Part shown: one piece after another, positions 19,612 to 28,356 of the stretch | Position numbering within the stretch: position 1 is the stretch's first letter | How the letters are laid out: every line of letters begins with the position of its first letter | Origin: Bacillales bacterium | Lineage (GTDB): Bacteria > Bacillota > Bacilli > Paenibacillales > CANHCR01 | Assembly: GCA_947459205.1 (NCBI GenBank) | Contig: CANHCR010000001.1 | Span: 143,421-207,420 of the forward strand | Direction of reading: 5' to 3' | DNA length: 64,000 nt | Program-made: the position numbers and the translations under genes | The notes under the pieces: generated by a model | The model's database searches: none | What the model was told of the DNA's origin: nothing | The model's input: the letters and a program-made list of their open reading frames with translations, nothing else

Positions 19612-19639
19612 CATATTTTTTCGAGATGCTGCATAGATA
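19612..19639 (+). promoter_or_regulatory. Candidate mother-cell (sigma-E-like) promoter of the rsfA/gerR-like gene
   Basis: CATATT (19612-19617), a 14-nt spacer, then CATAGATA (19632-19639). This resembles the sigma-E -35 ATATT / -10 CATACA-T pattern. B. subtilis gerR (ylbO) is sigma-E dependent. Confidence 0.3.
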
Positions 19640-19674
19640 TAAAGTACAAATATTTTTGAGGAGGATTTCAATCA

Positions 19675-20154
19675 GTGAGTGCGATTAGACAAGATGCATG
19701 GACAGAGCATGATGACCAGATTTTAGCGGAGGTGACGATCCGTCAAATCAAAGAGGGAGGAACGCAATTATCAGCGTTCGCTGAGGTAGGACAACAGATC
19801 GGTAGAACCCAGGCGGCTTGCGGGTTTCGCTGGAATAGCTTTCTTCGCAAACAATATGACCAGGACATTCGCCAAGCAAAAATGCAACGTCAGCGTGCGC
19901 AATTGGAAAAACGTAAGTTGACGATCAGCAAAGATCATTCAAGTTTGGAGCGTAAAGCGTACAAATCGCCAGATGGTACGACGTTTTTGCAACTGGCGGA
20001 GCAAATGCAGCAATGGTTGAACAAACTGCGCGAACTCGATTTGCAACTTGCTAGTTCGACAGCCGAAGTCGAGCGACTGCGCAAAGAGAACGAGGATTAC
20101 CGCGTGCTCCTTCAATTGCTGGACAAAGCGCGTGCAATGAGTGTACAACTGTAA
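19675..20154 (+). CDS. RsfA-family sporulation transcriptional regulator (GerR/YlbO-like, Myb-like domain)
   Basis: A GTG start lies 9 nt after GGAGGA. The Myb-like N-terminus is RQDAWT..DD..LAE......EGGTQL.AF.EVG...GRT.AACGFRWN. A coiled-coil C-terminus follows. Synteny with ylbQ/bshC supports the call. Confidence 0.8.
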   Translation: MSAIRQDAWTEHDDQILAEVTIRQIKEGGTQLSAFAEVGQQIGRTQAACGFRWNSFLRKQYDQDIRQAKMQRQRAQLEKRKLTISKDHSSLERKAYKSPDGTTFLQLAEQMQQWLNKLRELDLQLASSTAEVERLRKENEDYRVLLQLLDKARAMSVQL

Positions 20155-20179
20155 TTTTCAAAACCATACGTCATTTTTC

Positions 20180-20211
20180 AACCGGACTGCCACTGGGTAG
20201 CCGGTTTTTTT
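20180..20211 (+). terminator. Rho-independent terminator
   Basis: AACCGGaCTGCC-actg-GGGTAGCCGGTT followed by a T-run (20205-20211). Confidence 0.75.
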
Positions 20212-20310
20212 ATGAAAGTTTGGACCTTAGACGGCAAAATTGAAAGTCTGTGGGACGACGTTGTAGTATAATAAACGATAGGCAATTTTCATCCAAAATG
20301 AGGTGCAAGC

Positions 20311-22941
20311 ATGCAATCGGTTCATATTGTCGGCGGCGGTTCGCTCGGTTTGTTATTTGCCGCTAAACTAGCCGCTGTGCCGAACGTACAGACGACGCTC
20401 GTTGTGCGTAGTCATGAGCAATGTGAAGCCGTGCGTACGAACGGGGTAGATTTGGTTGAAGAGTGTCAAACGGGAGACGTCAAACGCGTAGTTCTCGATT
20501 GTGTCACATTTGCCGATGTGCCTATTGGTGCGCAAGTGGACGTAGTACTTTTGGCAGTCAAACAAACGCACATCGACACTGCATTCGCTGCTCGCTTGGT
20601 TCGAAAGTATGGTGCAAACATGCCGATTGTTTGCTTGCAAAACGGCATCGGACACCTCGAATGTTTAAGTGCAGCGGGATCAACTGAAATGGTTATCGGC
20701 GCCGTCACGACAGAAGGCGCGCGCAAGCTCGATTTGCACCGTGTAGCTCATACTGGACAAGGTGAGTCGGTAATCGGACAACCTTCACGAGCCACGCCCC
20801 AGTTGGCTGTTATCGAACAGCTCGTTGTACACTTGAATGATGCTGGTTTGAAAAGCATGATGACGGAACGCATTGATTTTTTCATCTGGCGCAAACTGCT
20901 CATCAATGCCGTCATCAATCCATTGACTGCTCTGACGCGCCTACGCAATGGCGAGTTACTGCAATCGCCGCAACTGCTCTCCATCATCGACCAAATGTGT
21001 GCGGAACTGCTGACACTCGCTGAGCGCGTGGGGATTCGTGAGATGGATGCGTTGCCACAGTGGATTCGAAGCGTGTGCCAGGCGACGGCCAAAAATCGCT
21101 CGTCGATGCTCCAAGACGTATTGGCGGGACGCGCGACAGAGTTGCCGGCCATTAGTGGTCGCTTGCTTGAATGGGCAGAGCAATTCGCACTACCCATGCC
21201 TTTGAACCAGCAATTGTATCAACGATTGACGGCTACACGAGACTTGGAGGGACTTATGAACGTAGAAACCATCTATTGGCCGCAAACAGCTTCGTTTGCC
21301 CAAGATTATCTTGATAAAAAACAGCAGGTTGTGGACCGGTTAGGTGGGCACGCAAGCGACCACCAAGCGTGGCTGCAGCAGGCGGCGCAACTTGATCAAC
21401 AAACATTGACCGTCCCGCGCGATGCATTGTGTGACGCATTGTTCGCTTTTCAACAATCGATTGCCATCGAGCAGCGTGCTGATACCGATTCGCCAGTCTT
21501 GCGTGCGATTCTGGCGCTCCGTGACAAGCGTACGTTAGCCGTCGTCGGTGGCCAGCAAGTCGGATTGTTCGGCGGTCCGTTGCTCGTCATTCACAAAGCC
21601 ATCTCGATTTTGGCCACGGCCAAGCGGGCGGAGCAACTGCTGGGCAGATCCGTTGTCCCCGTGTTTTGGCTGGCGGGCGAAGACCATGACTGGGACGAAG
21701 TCAATCATCTATATGTTGACGACCGCAATCATAAACCATTGAAGATTAGTGTGACGTCGCAAACGGACGATTCGGTATCTGTCAGCCACCGCGCCATTTC
21801 GCAAGCGGCTTGGCTTGAGGTGCTGGAGGAGTTGCGCCAGACGTTGCCACCAACCGAGTTTTCTGACGAGTTGTTCGCACGTTTGCAAGATTTTGCTGAG
21901 CATTCGAGCAGTTTGACCGAACTGTTCGCTCGTTTGATGCATCATCTGTTTGGTCCTCATGGCCTAATCCTTGTCGATGCTGCAGATCCTGCGATCCGCA
22001 AGTTGGAAGCGGACATGTTTGCGGCGCTATTTGTGAACAGAACCGTGCTCTCTGAGATTTTTCAAAACGCTCGCGACGAACTGCTTGCCGAGGGGTACGA
22101 GCAACCGGTGCAACTTCAAGCAGGACAGACGAATCTGTTCGTCGAATACAACAGGCAGCGGACGATGCTGTTTGAGCAGATGGGTGAAAATGGTGCGATA
22201 TTCAGCGATCGGCGCGCTACGTTTTCGATGACGGAGACGGAAGTAGAGCAAGCGATCCGCCAACATCCAGACATTTTCAGCAACAATGTTCTGACCAGAC
22301 CGCTTATGCAACAGTTTTTGTTTCCGGTGGTGGCGACTGTGCTGGGGCGAGCAGAGACGGCGTATTGGGCGTTGTTGCCTGAGGCGTTTCGAACGATGGG
22401 AATGAGCATGCCACTCGTCGTTGTCCGGCCCGAATGCACGCTCATCGAACCACCGATTGCGCGTATTTTTAGCAAAACCGAACTCTCGTTCGGAGCCGCC
22501 ACGTATCTCTACGAAGAGTCGAAAAAACAGTGGCTGGAGTCGCAGGACGAGCAACAGTGGCCGCAGACGTTTGCGATGCTGAAGTCGAACATCGCCGATT
22601 TGTACGCCCCGCTCATCGAGGGTTTGGAGCGACTCAATCCTGGCATCGGTCAATTGGGGCGACAAAATTTGACGAAAATCGAGGAGCAAGTACGCTATCT
22701 CGAATCGCGCACGACGGCAGCCTTCGAACAGCAACATAGCGCTTTTTTGCGACAATGGGAACGTTTGCATCAGGCTCTATGTCCGTTTGGAAAACCACAG
22801 GAAAGAGTTTATAATATAATTGCATTTATAAATCGCAACGGATTTGATTGGATTTCACATTTGGTGACAGAGGCGTCCCGATGGTCTGCCGCCAATCATC
22901 ACCTTGTATATCTCACCCCATCCAAGGAGGAACAAGCATGA
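20311..22941 (+). CDS. panE/bshC: Single 876-aa ORF fusing 2-dehydropantoate 2-reductase (PanE/ApbA, aa 1-~315) to the bacillithiol biosynthesis cysteine-adding enzyme BshC (aa ~316-876)
   Basis: The N-terminal Rossmann motif is VHIVGGGSLGLLFAAKL, followed by the ApbA-type body. The BshC signature is VVGGQQVGLFGGPL...HK.ISIL...VPVFWLAGEDHDWDEVNH. No stop codon lies between the two parts (...TRDLEGL-MNVETIYW...). An internal GGAGGG lies 4 nt upstream of ATG 21256. Confidence 0.85.
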   Translation: MQSVHIVGGGSLGLLFAAKLAAVPNVQTTLVVRSHEQCEAVRTNGVDLVEECQTGDVKRVVLDCVTFADVPIGAQVDVVLLAVKQTHIDTAFAARLVRKYGANMPIVCLQNGIGHLECLSAAGSTEMVIGAVTTEGARKLDLHRVAHTGQGESVIGQPSRATPQLAVIEQLVVHLNDAGLKSMMTERIDFFIWRKLLINAVINPLTALTRLRNGELLQSPQLLSIIDQMCAELLTLAERVGIREMDALPQWIRSVCQATAKNRSSMLQDVLAGRATELPAISGRLLEWAEQFALPMPLNQQLYQRLTATRDLEGLMNVETIYWPQTASFAQDYLDKKQQVVDRLGGHASDHQAWLQQAAQLDQQTLTVPRDALCDALFAFQQSIAIEQRADTDSPVLRAILALRDKRTLAVVGGQQVGLFGGPLLVIHKAISILATAKRAEQLLGRSVVPVFWLAGEDHDWDEVNHLYVDDRNHKPLKISVTSQTDDSVSVSHRAISQAAWLEVLEELRQTLPPTEFSDELFARLQDFAEHSSSLTELFARLMHHLFGPHGLILVDAADPAIRKLEADMFAALFVNRTVLSEIFQNARDELLAEGYEQPVQLQAGQTNLFVEYNRQRTMLFEQMGENGAIFSDRRATFSMTETEVEQAIRQHPDIFSNNVLTRPLMQQFLFPVVATVLGRAETAYWALLPEAFRTMGMSMPLVVVRPECTLIEPPIARIFSKTELSFGAATYLYEESKKQWLESQDEQQWPQTFAMLKSNIADLYAPLIEGLERLNPGIGQLGRQNLTKIEEQVRYLESRTTAAFEQQHSAFLRQWERLHQALCPFGKPQERVYNIIAFINRNGFDWISHLVTEASRWSAANHHLVYLTPSKEEQA

Positions 22942-24200
22942 ACGCATTACAGCAAAGCATCATCGCCGATATCAAACTGGCGCCGGAAGGTCATTTGAAG
23001 ATTGACTGGGTGAAAGCACACATGCCGGTTCTGAATCGGATTCGTGAACAGTTCGAGCAGGAGCAACCATTCAAAGGTTTGCGCGTCGCCATCTCGCTTC
23101 ATTTGGAGGCGAAGACGGCATATTTGGCGAAAGTGGTGAAAGCCGGCGGTGCGGATGTGGTCATCACGGGCAGCAATCCGCTATCCACGCAAGACGACAT
23201 TTGTGCAGCGCTAGTAGAGGACGGAATTACCGTGTTCGCGAAGTACAACCCAACGCCTGAAGAGTATAAGCAATTTCTCGTGCATACTGTGGAAACGGAA
23301 CCAGATTTGATCATCGATGACGGCGGCGATTTGGTGACGATTTTGCACTCGGAGCGTCGTGATTTGTTGAAAAAGGTACGCGGCGGTGCGGAGGAGACGA
23401 CGACTGGCATTTTGCGTCTGAAAGCGTTGGAGAAAGAGGGCGCCTTGCAGTTTCCGATGGTCGCTGTTAACGATGCGCAATGTAAATTTTTGTTCGACAA
23501 CCGTTACGGCACTGGACAATCGGTGTGGGACGGCATCAACCGTACGACGAACCTAGTCGTTGCCGGCAAAACGGTCGTTGTTTGCGGCTATGGCTGGTGC
23601 GGCAAAGGCGTGGCGATGCGCGCCAAAGGCTTGGCTGCGAACGTCATCGTCACTGAAGTCGATGCGATCAAAGCGGTCGAAGCGTACATGGATGGATTCG
23701 CCGTCATGCCGATGAGCGAAGCGGCGAAAGTCGGCGACTATTTTGTCACCGTGACTGGCAACCGCGACGTTATTACTGGCGAACATTACAAAGTGATGAA
23801 AGACGGAGCGATTTTGTCGAATGCGGGTCATTTTGACATCGAAGTGAACAAACCGGATTTAGAAGCGCTTTCCAAGTCCATTCGCACGGTACGTCGTAAC
23901 ATCGAAGAGTATCAGTTGCATGATGGTCGCAAATTTTACATCCTTGCTGAAGGCCGCCTTGTCAACCTGGCGGCAGGTGACGGTCACCCGGCAGAAATTA
24001 TGGACATGACCTTCGCGTTGCAGGCGATGTCTCTAAAATATGTCAACGAGCAATATGAGGCGATTGGCAACACGGTCGTCAACGTGCCGTACGATTTGGA
24101 CGAGCAAGTCGCACGCTACAAACTGCAATCGCTCGGTATTAGCATCGATGCGCTATCGGCTGCGCAAAAGCAATACCTCGAAAGTTGGGCGGAACATTAA
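22938..24200 (+). CDS. ahcY: Adenosylhomocysteinase (SAH hydrolase)
   Basis: Full-length AhcY pattern is present (...GYGWCGKG NAD-binding loop, HFD.E, GDGHPAEIMD). An AAGGAGG RBS is present. ATG 22938 overlaps the bshC stop (ATGA). The track ORF begins at an upstream in-frame ATG (22848). Confidence 0.95.
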   Translation: MNALQQSIIADIKLAPEGHLKIDWVKAHMPVLNRIREQFEQEQPFKGLRVAISLHLEAKTAYLAKVVKAGGADVVITGSNPLSTQDDICAALVEDGITVFAKYNPTPEEYKQFLVHTVETEPDLIIDDGGDLVTILHSERRDLLKKVRGGAEETTTGILRLKALEKEGALQFPMVAVNDAQCKFLFDNRYGTGQSVWDGINRTTNLVVAGKTVVVCGYGWCGKGVAMRAKGLAANVIVTEVDAIKAVEAYMDGFAVMPMSEAAKVGDYFVTVTGNRDVITGEHYKVMKDGAILSNAGHFDIEVNKPDLEALSKSIRTVRRNIEEYQLHDGRKFYILAEGRLVNLAAGDGHPAEIMDMTFALQAMSLKYVNEQYEAIGNTVVNVPYDLDEQVARYKLQSLGISIDALSAAQKQYLESWAEH

Positions 24201-24210
24201 TTCACTTACA

Positions 24211-24249
24211 CCGCGTCGCGCCATGTTTTGATGGCCGGCGCGTTTTTTT
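24211..24249 (+). terminator. Probable rho-independent terminator after ahcY
   Basis: A GC-rich imperfect hairpin (CCGCG.CGCGCCAT-gttttg-ATGGC.GGCGCG) is followed by T7. Confidence 0.6.
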
Positions 24250-24323
24250 GTGAAAATAGAAGAGATTTTATGAGCGTGTGACCAAATGCTGTTCTCGGGT
24301 GTTTCTAAAGTGGAGGTGACTGA

Positions 24324-24770
24324 ATGGACGTATACACTCGACACACAACTACGTTGTTTAAAATCGCGATGATTCACCTTGGTAATTCAATCGATGCCGA
24401 AGATGCTGTACAGGAAGCGTTTTTTAAACATTTACATAAAGCACCCACTTTTGTCGACGAGACACACGAAAAAGCGTGGTTGATTCGTGTTTTGATTAAC
24501 ATCTGCAAAAATATGACGCGCAGTTTTTGGCGTCGACGAACCGTTTCACTAGCGGATCAAATCATATCAATCGAAGAACCTGAAGAACGACAGATGCTGT
24601 CACTTGTCATGCAACTTCCGTTTTCGTATAAAACGGTCATTCATTTGTTTTATTATGAGGATTACTCGGTAGCGGAGATCGCCGAAATCTTAAAAATCAG
24701 TCAGTCGGCGGTCAAGATGCGGCTTAAACGTGGTCGGGCGCTACTAAAATGGGAGTGGGAGGGAGAATAA
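24324..24770 (+). CDS. ECF-type sigma-70 family RNA polymerase sigma factor
   Basis: A GGAGGTG RBS is present. The region 2 pattern is DAEDAVQEAF...W...AWL.RV.IN.C.N. The region 4 HTH is YSVAEIAEILKISQSAVKMRLKRGR. Confidence 0.85.
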   Translation: MDVYTRHTTTLFKIAMIHLGNSIDAEDAVQEAFFKHLHKAPTFVDETHEKAWLIRVLINICKNMTRSFWRRRTVSLADQIISIEEPEERQMLSLVMQLPFSYKTVIHLFYYEDYSVAEIAEILKISQSAVKMRLKRGRALLKWEWEGE

Positions 24771-25795
24771 TGAATCGGGATCAATACAAACACTTGTTAG
24801 ACAAAATCGAACCGGATGTCGACTTCGCTGAGCGAATGCAGCGAGCGGTGGCGCAACGAAGCGAAGAGATGAATGCGCTGTCTGAAACTGGTGCTCGACC
24901 GTGGCAAACGTTTTTTCACACTAAAAAACGTCACATCGCGCTTGCCGGCGCTATGCTTTCGTTGTTGCTCATCGTATCGTTTAGCACCGTCTTGCTGACC
25001 GAAAATGATAACCCCACTAAACGAGAACAGAAAAAAACGATGAATTTTTCATCCGATCAAGTGGACGAGAACAATCACTACAACTTGCCGAAAAACAAAC
25101 TTGCAACCTCTGATATGGTGGAGCAAATCATCTATCAAGGCCGTGTCTATTTGTCAGCCGGTTTATCATTGGAAAGCGGTGTAGATGTTGAGTCTCTTTT
25201 GGGTCAAAAAATCGGGCGAGTTTCTGCTCAACTCACAGAGGGCGATACTGCAAAGTGGCAACGCAACACACAAGGCACGTCGCAAATCATCGGTAATATT
25301 GGCGAATCCGATCTATATGCCGTTCGCGGGTATAATCCTTCATTTCTACTTGCACAATATGCAACAAAACACGGTTCGCCATCGTTTCATTTCTATCAAT
25401 CTACTGATTTGTTAGCGGATCAAAAAGGAGTTGCAATGCTCTCGGCACTTAATCTGGAACAGACATTGCAGACGCTCCGCAGACTCGATCGTACGGCTGC
25501 TGATTTGGATGTTAAAGACCATGTCGTGCAAACGTTCTTACAGGCGTTGCGAGATGCCTCCCCAGCCACTGAGACACGCACAATGTTGCGAGCGCGCTGG
25601 AATGTGACGGACATCAGAAAACGCGAGCAAGATATCATGTATCTCGGCATGCAGCTATCGGATGGTATGCTTGTTCACGTCTATTTGTATCGCGAGGGAT
25701 ATCTCGAATTTGGCGGGCTCAGCAATCGTTCTCTGATATATAAATTGGATGAACTTTCGTTTGCTAAGTTGTGGGAGCATTTTTCGTCCGAATAA
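24770..25795 (+). CDS. Putative anti-sigma factor: a single-pass membrane protein with a large uncharacterised extracytoplasmic domain
   Basis: ATG overlaps the sigma-factor stop (TAATG). A short cytoplasmic N-terminus is followed by one TM helix (IALAGAMLSLLLIVSFSTVLL) and a ~260-aa outside domain. The assignment rests on position and topology only. Confidence 0.55.
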   Translation: MNRDQYKHLLDKIEPDVDFAERMQRAVAQRSEEMNALSETGARPWQTFFHTKKRHIALAGAMLSLLLIVSFSTVLLTENDNPTKREQKKTMNFSSDQVDENNHYNLPKNKLATSDMVEQIIYQGRVYLSAGLSLESGVDVESLLGQKIGRVSAQLTEGDTAKWQRNTQGTSQIIGNIGESDLYAVRGYNPSFLLAQYATKHGSPSFHFYQSTDLLADQKGVAMLSALNLEQTLQTLRRLDRTAADLDVKDHVVQTFLQALRDASPATETRTMLRARWNVTDIRKREQDIMYLGMQLSDGMLVHVYLYREGYLEFGGLSNRSLIYKLDELSFAKLWEHFSSE

Positions 25796-25830
25796 TATGA
25801 AAACTTATGAAAATTTAGAGGTGAAATGAT

Positions 25831-26727
25831 ATGAAAAAAACAATGCTTCTCTTCTTGCTTATAATCGCAGGATTGCTGACTGGTTGTGCAGGTGTTAGTG
25901 AAACGGAACAAAAATCAGCAAATACAGAAAGCGATACTGCAAAGTACATGTACGATGTGAACACAACGAAAAATGAAGCAAAAGGCAAAAGTGCCGAGAA
26001 AAATGCTGCATCGCGATCTGCTACAAGCAAGCTCATTTACAACGCGGACTTGAGTATGGAGGTCGGCGATTTCCCAAAGGCGCAAAAGCAAGTCGAGTCG
26101 CAGGTAACTGCAGTCAAAGGTTATGTGTTGTCGTTCAGCGATCGTTTGGACAGCGATTCTGTTGGTGGATATTTTGAAGTCAAAGTGCCGGCAGAGCAGT
26201 TGCAGACTTTTATTGATGGACTCGAAGCGCTAGCACCGCTCTCCTTTTCGCGTAACATTCGTGCCGATGATGTCGGTGAAGAGTATGTCGACTTGCAGGC
26301 TCGTTTAAAAGTGAAGCAGTCGGTCGAAGCGCGCATGTTGCAATTGATGGAGCAGGCGACGAGTAGTCAAGATCTCATGTCGTTTGCGGTCAAACTTGGT
26401 GAGATTCAAGAGGAGATTGAGGCGCTGAAAGGGCGAATCCAGTATATTGATCGCAATGTCGCATTTTCAACCGTTAACATTTCCTTGTCTGAGCGATTGT
26501 ATGGGCAATCCGATAGCAGTGCTTCATATGGCTCGAAATTGTGGTATGAACTGAAAGCAGGCGTATATGGCATTTTCGAGTTTCTCGCTGGGAGCTTGCT
26601 GTTTATGATGGGTGCCTTGCCTACGCTAATTTTGCTGGCAATCAGTATCGCTGTCGTCTGGTGGATTTGGCGTCGTAAACGAAAAAATGTGGGTGTTCAC
26701 GATGAACATCGCGTCAACGAGCAATAA
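25831..26727 (+). CDS. DUF4349-family lipoprotein with a C-terminal TM anchor
   Basis: The lipobox is LLIIAGLLTGC. The central coiled region is typical of DUF4349 (...EEYVDLQARLK......L..L...A.....L......L..IQEEIE.LKGRIQYIDRNVAFSTVNISL). The C-terminal hydrophobic helix is followed by WRRKRK. Confidence 0.7.
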   Translation: MKKTMLLFLLIIAGLLTGCAGVSETEQKSANTESDTAKYMYDVNTTKNEAKGKSAEKNAASRSATSKLIYNADLSMEVGDFPKAQKQVESQVTAVKGYVLSFSDRLDSDSVGGYFEVKVPAEQLQTFIDGLEALAPLSFSRNIRADDVGEEYVDLQARLKVKQSVEARMLQLMEQATSSQDLMSFAVKLGEIQEEIEALKGRIQYIDRNVAFSTVNISLSERLYGQSDSSASYGSKLWYELKAGVYGIFEFLAGSLLFMMGALPTLILLAISIAVVWWIWRRKRKNVGVHDEHRVNEQ

Positions 26728-26763
26728 AAGTCGGTATACTTAGAGTGTGAGGAGGGAATGCCC

Positions 26764-27303
26764 ATGAGAATGGTAGACAAAGCGATTGAATTTGCAGCGG
26801 AAGCACACGCTGGCGATGTGCGCAAGGGAACGAACACGCCGTACTTCACACATCCGTTCGCCGTCGGCTTGTTGCTTGCTGAGGCTGGATGTTCTGAAGC
26901 GGTCGTCTGTGCCGGTATCTTGCATGATACGGTCGAAGATACGCCAGTCGAACTAGAGGATTTGGTGCGCGAATTCGGCGAACAGGTGGCTGTGCTGGTG
27001 GCCGGTGCGTCCGAGCCTGACAAGACAAAGTCGTGGCGTGAGCGCAAAGAGCACACGCACGCCTATTTACAGACGGCACCGAGAGAAATTTGCCTAGTGT
27101 CGTGCGCCGATAAACTGCACAACTTGCGCTGTTTGAAGCGTGACCTTGAGGTCGAGGGCGAGACCGTGTTCGACAAATTCAACGCCAAACGTGACGCGCA
27201 AAAATGGTACTACGAAGGCGTGGTCCAAGCATTAGCGGATACGCTTGCCGGTCATGCGCTCTACGATCAACTTAAGCAAGAAGTGCAAACTGTATTTGGT
27301 TAA
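26764..27303 (+). CDS. Stand-alone HD-domain protein of the RelA/SpoT hydrolase type (small alarmone hydrolase-like)
   Basis: The motifs are ...A.EAHAGD.RKG...PYF.HP.AVG.LLAE.G......AGILHDTVEDT. GGAGGG lies 7 nt upstream of ATG 26764 (alternatives at 26758 and 26770). Confidence 0.7.
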   Translation: MRMVDKAIEFAAEAHAGDVRKGTNTPYFTHPFAVGLLLAEAGCSEAVVCAGILHDTVEDTPVELEDLVREFGEQVAVLVAGASEPDKTKSWRERKEHTHAYLQTAPREICLVSCADKLHNLRCLKRDLEVEGETVFDKFNAKRDAQKWYYEGVVQALADTLAGHALYDQLKQEVQTVFG

Positions 27304-28304
27304 CCGCCTAGCAAGTGACGAGCTGCCGCCACTCCTGATAGGTAAGCGGTCTCGGCACGTCCTTGTTCCTCTGGAGGGTGGTGCGGCTCGCAGGAAAAGC
27401 CATCGCCAGCAAGTAACAACGGTGCGCTGGTGTTTGCAACGTAACATGGTGCCGGATACAGTTGCTTAGATAAGGCGTAGCGCCAGCGTTTCACCTGCAC
27501 TTGCGACACGTCTTGTCCGCCGCAATACGGTGCGAGTGACGGCATGATGGTTGCGATGATCGCCTCATCGCTGTCATCGTAGTGCGCCTCGGACCAATCG
27601 CCACGCAAATGCACGGTGATAACCGTTTGGTTAGAAATGCCCTTCTGTGCATTATCCGCAATCCAACTGATCGGCTCCGGCAAGTCTGTACGGCAATAAC
27701 CTGGCGACTCAATCGAACTTGCACCGTTTAACGACAATAACAAGGCCAAACAAGGATCATAAGCAACCTCATTGAGTCTTTGCAAGTCCGCTTCATTCCA
27801 CGTTTTTTGTAGCGGAGCCGTCAGCGCAAGCGTCTGCGGGAGCGGGGCGGTTACCACTAAGGCTTTCGCTCGCACAATCATCCCGCTCTCCGTTACAATC
27901 CGCCACTCCGCCTCATCTTCTTCCACTCGCTCCACTTTCACATCAGTGAACAATCGGTACGTATCCCCAATTTGTTTCGCCCACTGCTTCAACCACTCAT
28001 TCATGCCATTCACGGCCACGTATTTCTCGCTTTTATCCACAAACCAAACACGCAATGCCCCGTTTTGCAACCCAGGTTCGATGCATTTCTCATAAAACAA
28101 CGGCAAGCGCGCACTCATGAACTGCGCACCATGGTCGGCCCGACCGTCATCCACCCGTCTTGTCGCAAACCGCCCACCGACGCTCCGCCCCTTGTCGAGC
28201 ACGATCACATCGCGCACACCGCCGTCCAGCAACGTTTGTGCAGCCGCTAACCCTGCCAACCCAGCTCCGATTATGCATACCGAATAACACGTTTGTTCAC
28301 TCAT
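27300..28304 (-). CDS. FAD/NAD(P)-binding oxidoreductase (renalase/amine-oxidase-like)
   Basis: The N-terminal dinucleotide fold is VCIIGAGLAGLAAA..L...G...V.VLDKGRSVGGR. The C-terminal motif LLLAGDGF is present. The 3' end overlaps the convergent HD gene by 4 nt. Confidence 0.75.
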   Translation of the reverse strand: MSEQTCYSVCIIGAGLAGLAAAQTLLDGGVRDVIVLDKGRSVGGRFATRRVDDGRADHGAQFMSARLPLFYEKCIEPGLQNGALRVWFVDKSEKYVAVNGMNEWLKQWAKQIGDTYRLFTDVKVERVEEDEAEWRIVTESGMIVRAKALVVTAPLPQTLALTAPLQKTWNEADLQRLNEVAYDPCLALLLSLNGASSIESPGYCRTDLPEPISWIADNAQKGISNQTVITVHLRGDWSEAHYDDSDEAIIATIMPSLAPYCGGQDVSQVQVKRWRYALSKQLYPAPCYVANTSAPLLLAGDGFSCEPHHPPEEQGRAETAYLSGVAAARHLLGG

Positions 28305-28356
28305 TCGCGCACCTCTTCATAAATTCATAATCTAATTATAAAGGATGGGATTCGAA

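Noticed and set aside
20240-20272. TTGAAA ... TATAAT as a possible sigma-A promoter for panE-bshC.
   Set aside because: The spacer is 21 nt, too long for a functional sigma-A promoter. I have not annotated it.
22027-22770. A 247-aa minus-strand ORF inside bshC. Similar long antisense ORFs lie at 44109-44696 (ruvB), 60127-60783 (recJ/apt), 61560-62090 and 62622-63344 (relA).
   Set aside because: All are shadow ORFs opposite well-supported conserved genes. They lack RBSs and have non-protein-like composition.
27300-27303. A shared TTAA where the stop codons of the convergent HD and oxidoreductase genes overlap.
   Set aside because: It is real but trivial. Short tail-to-tail overlaps are common, so I mention it only within the HD-hydrolase finding.
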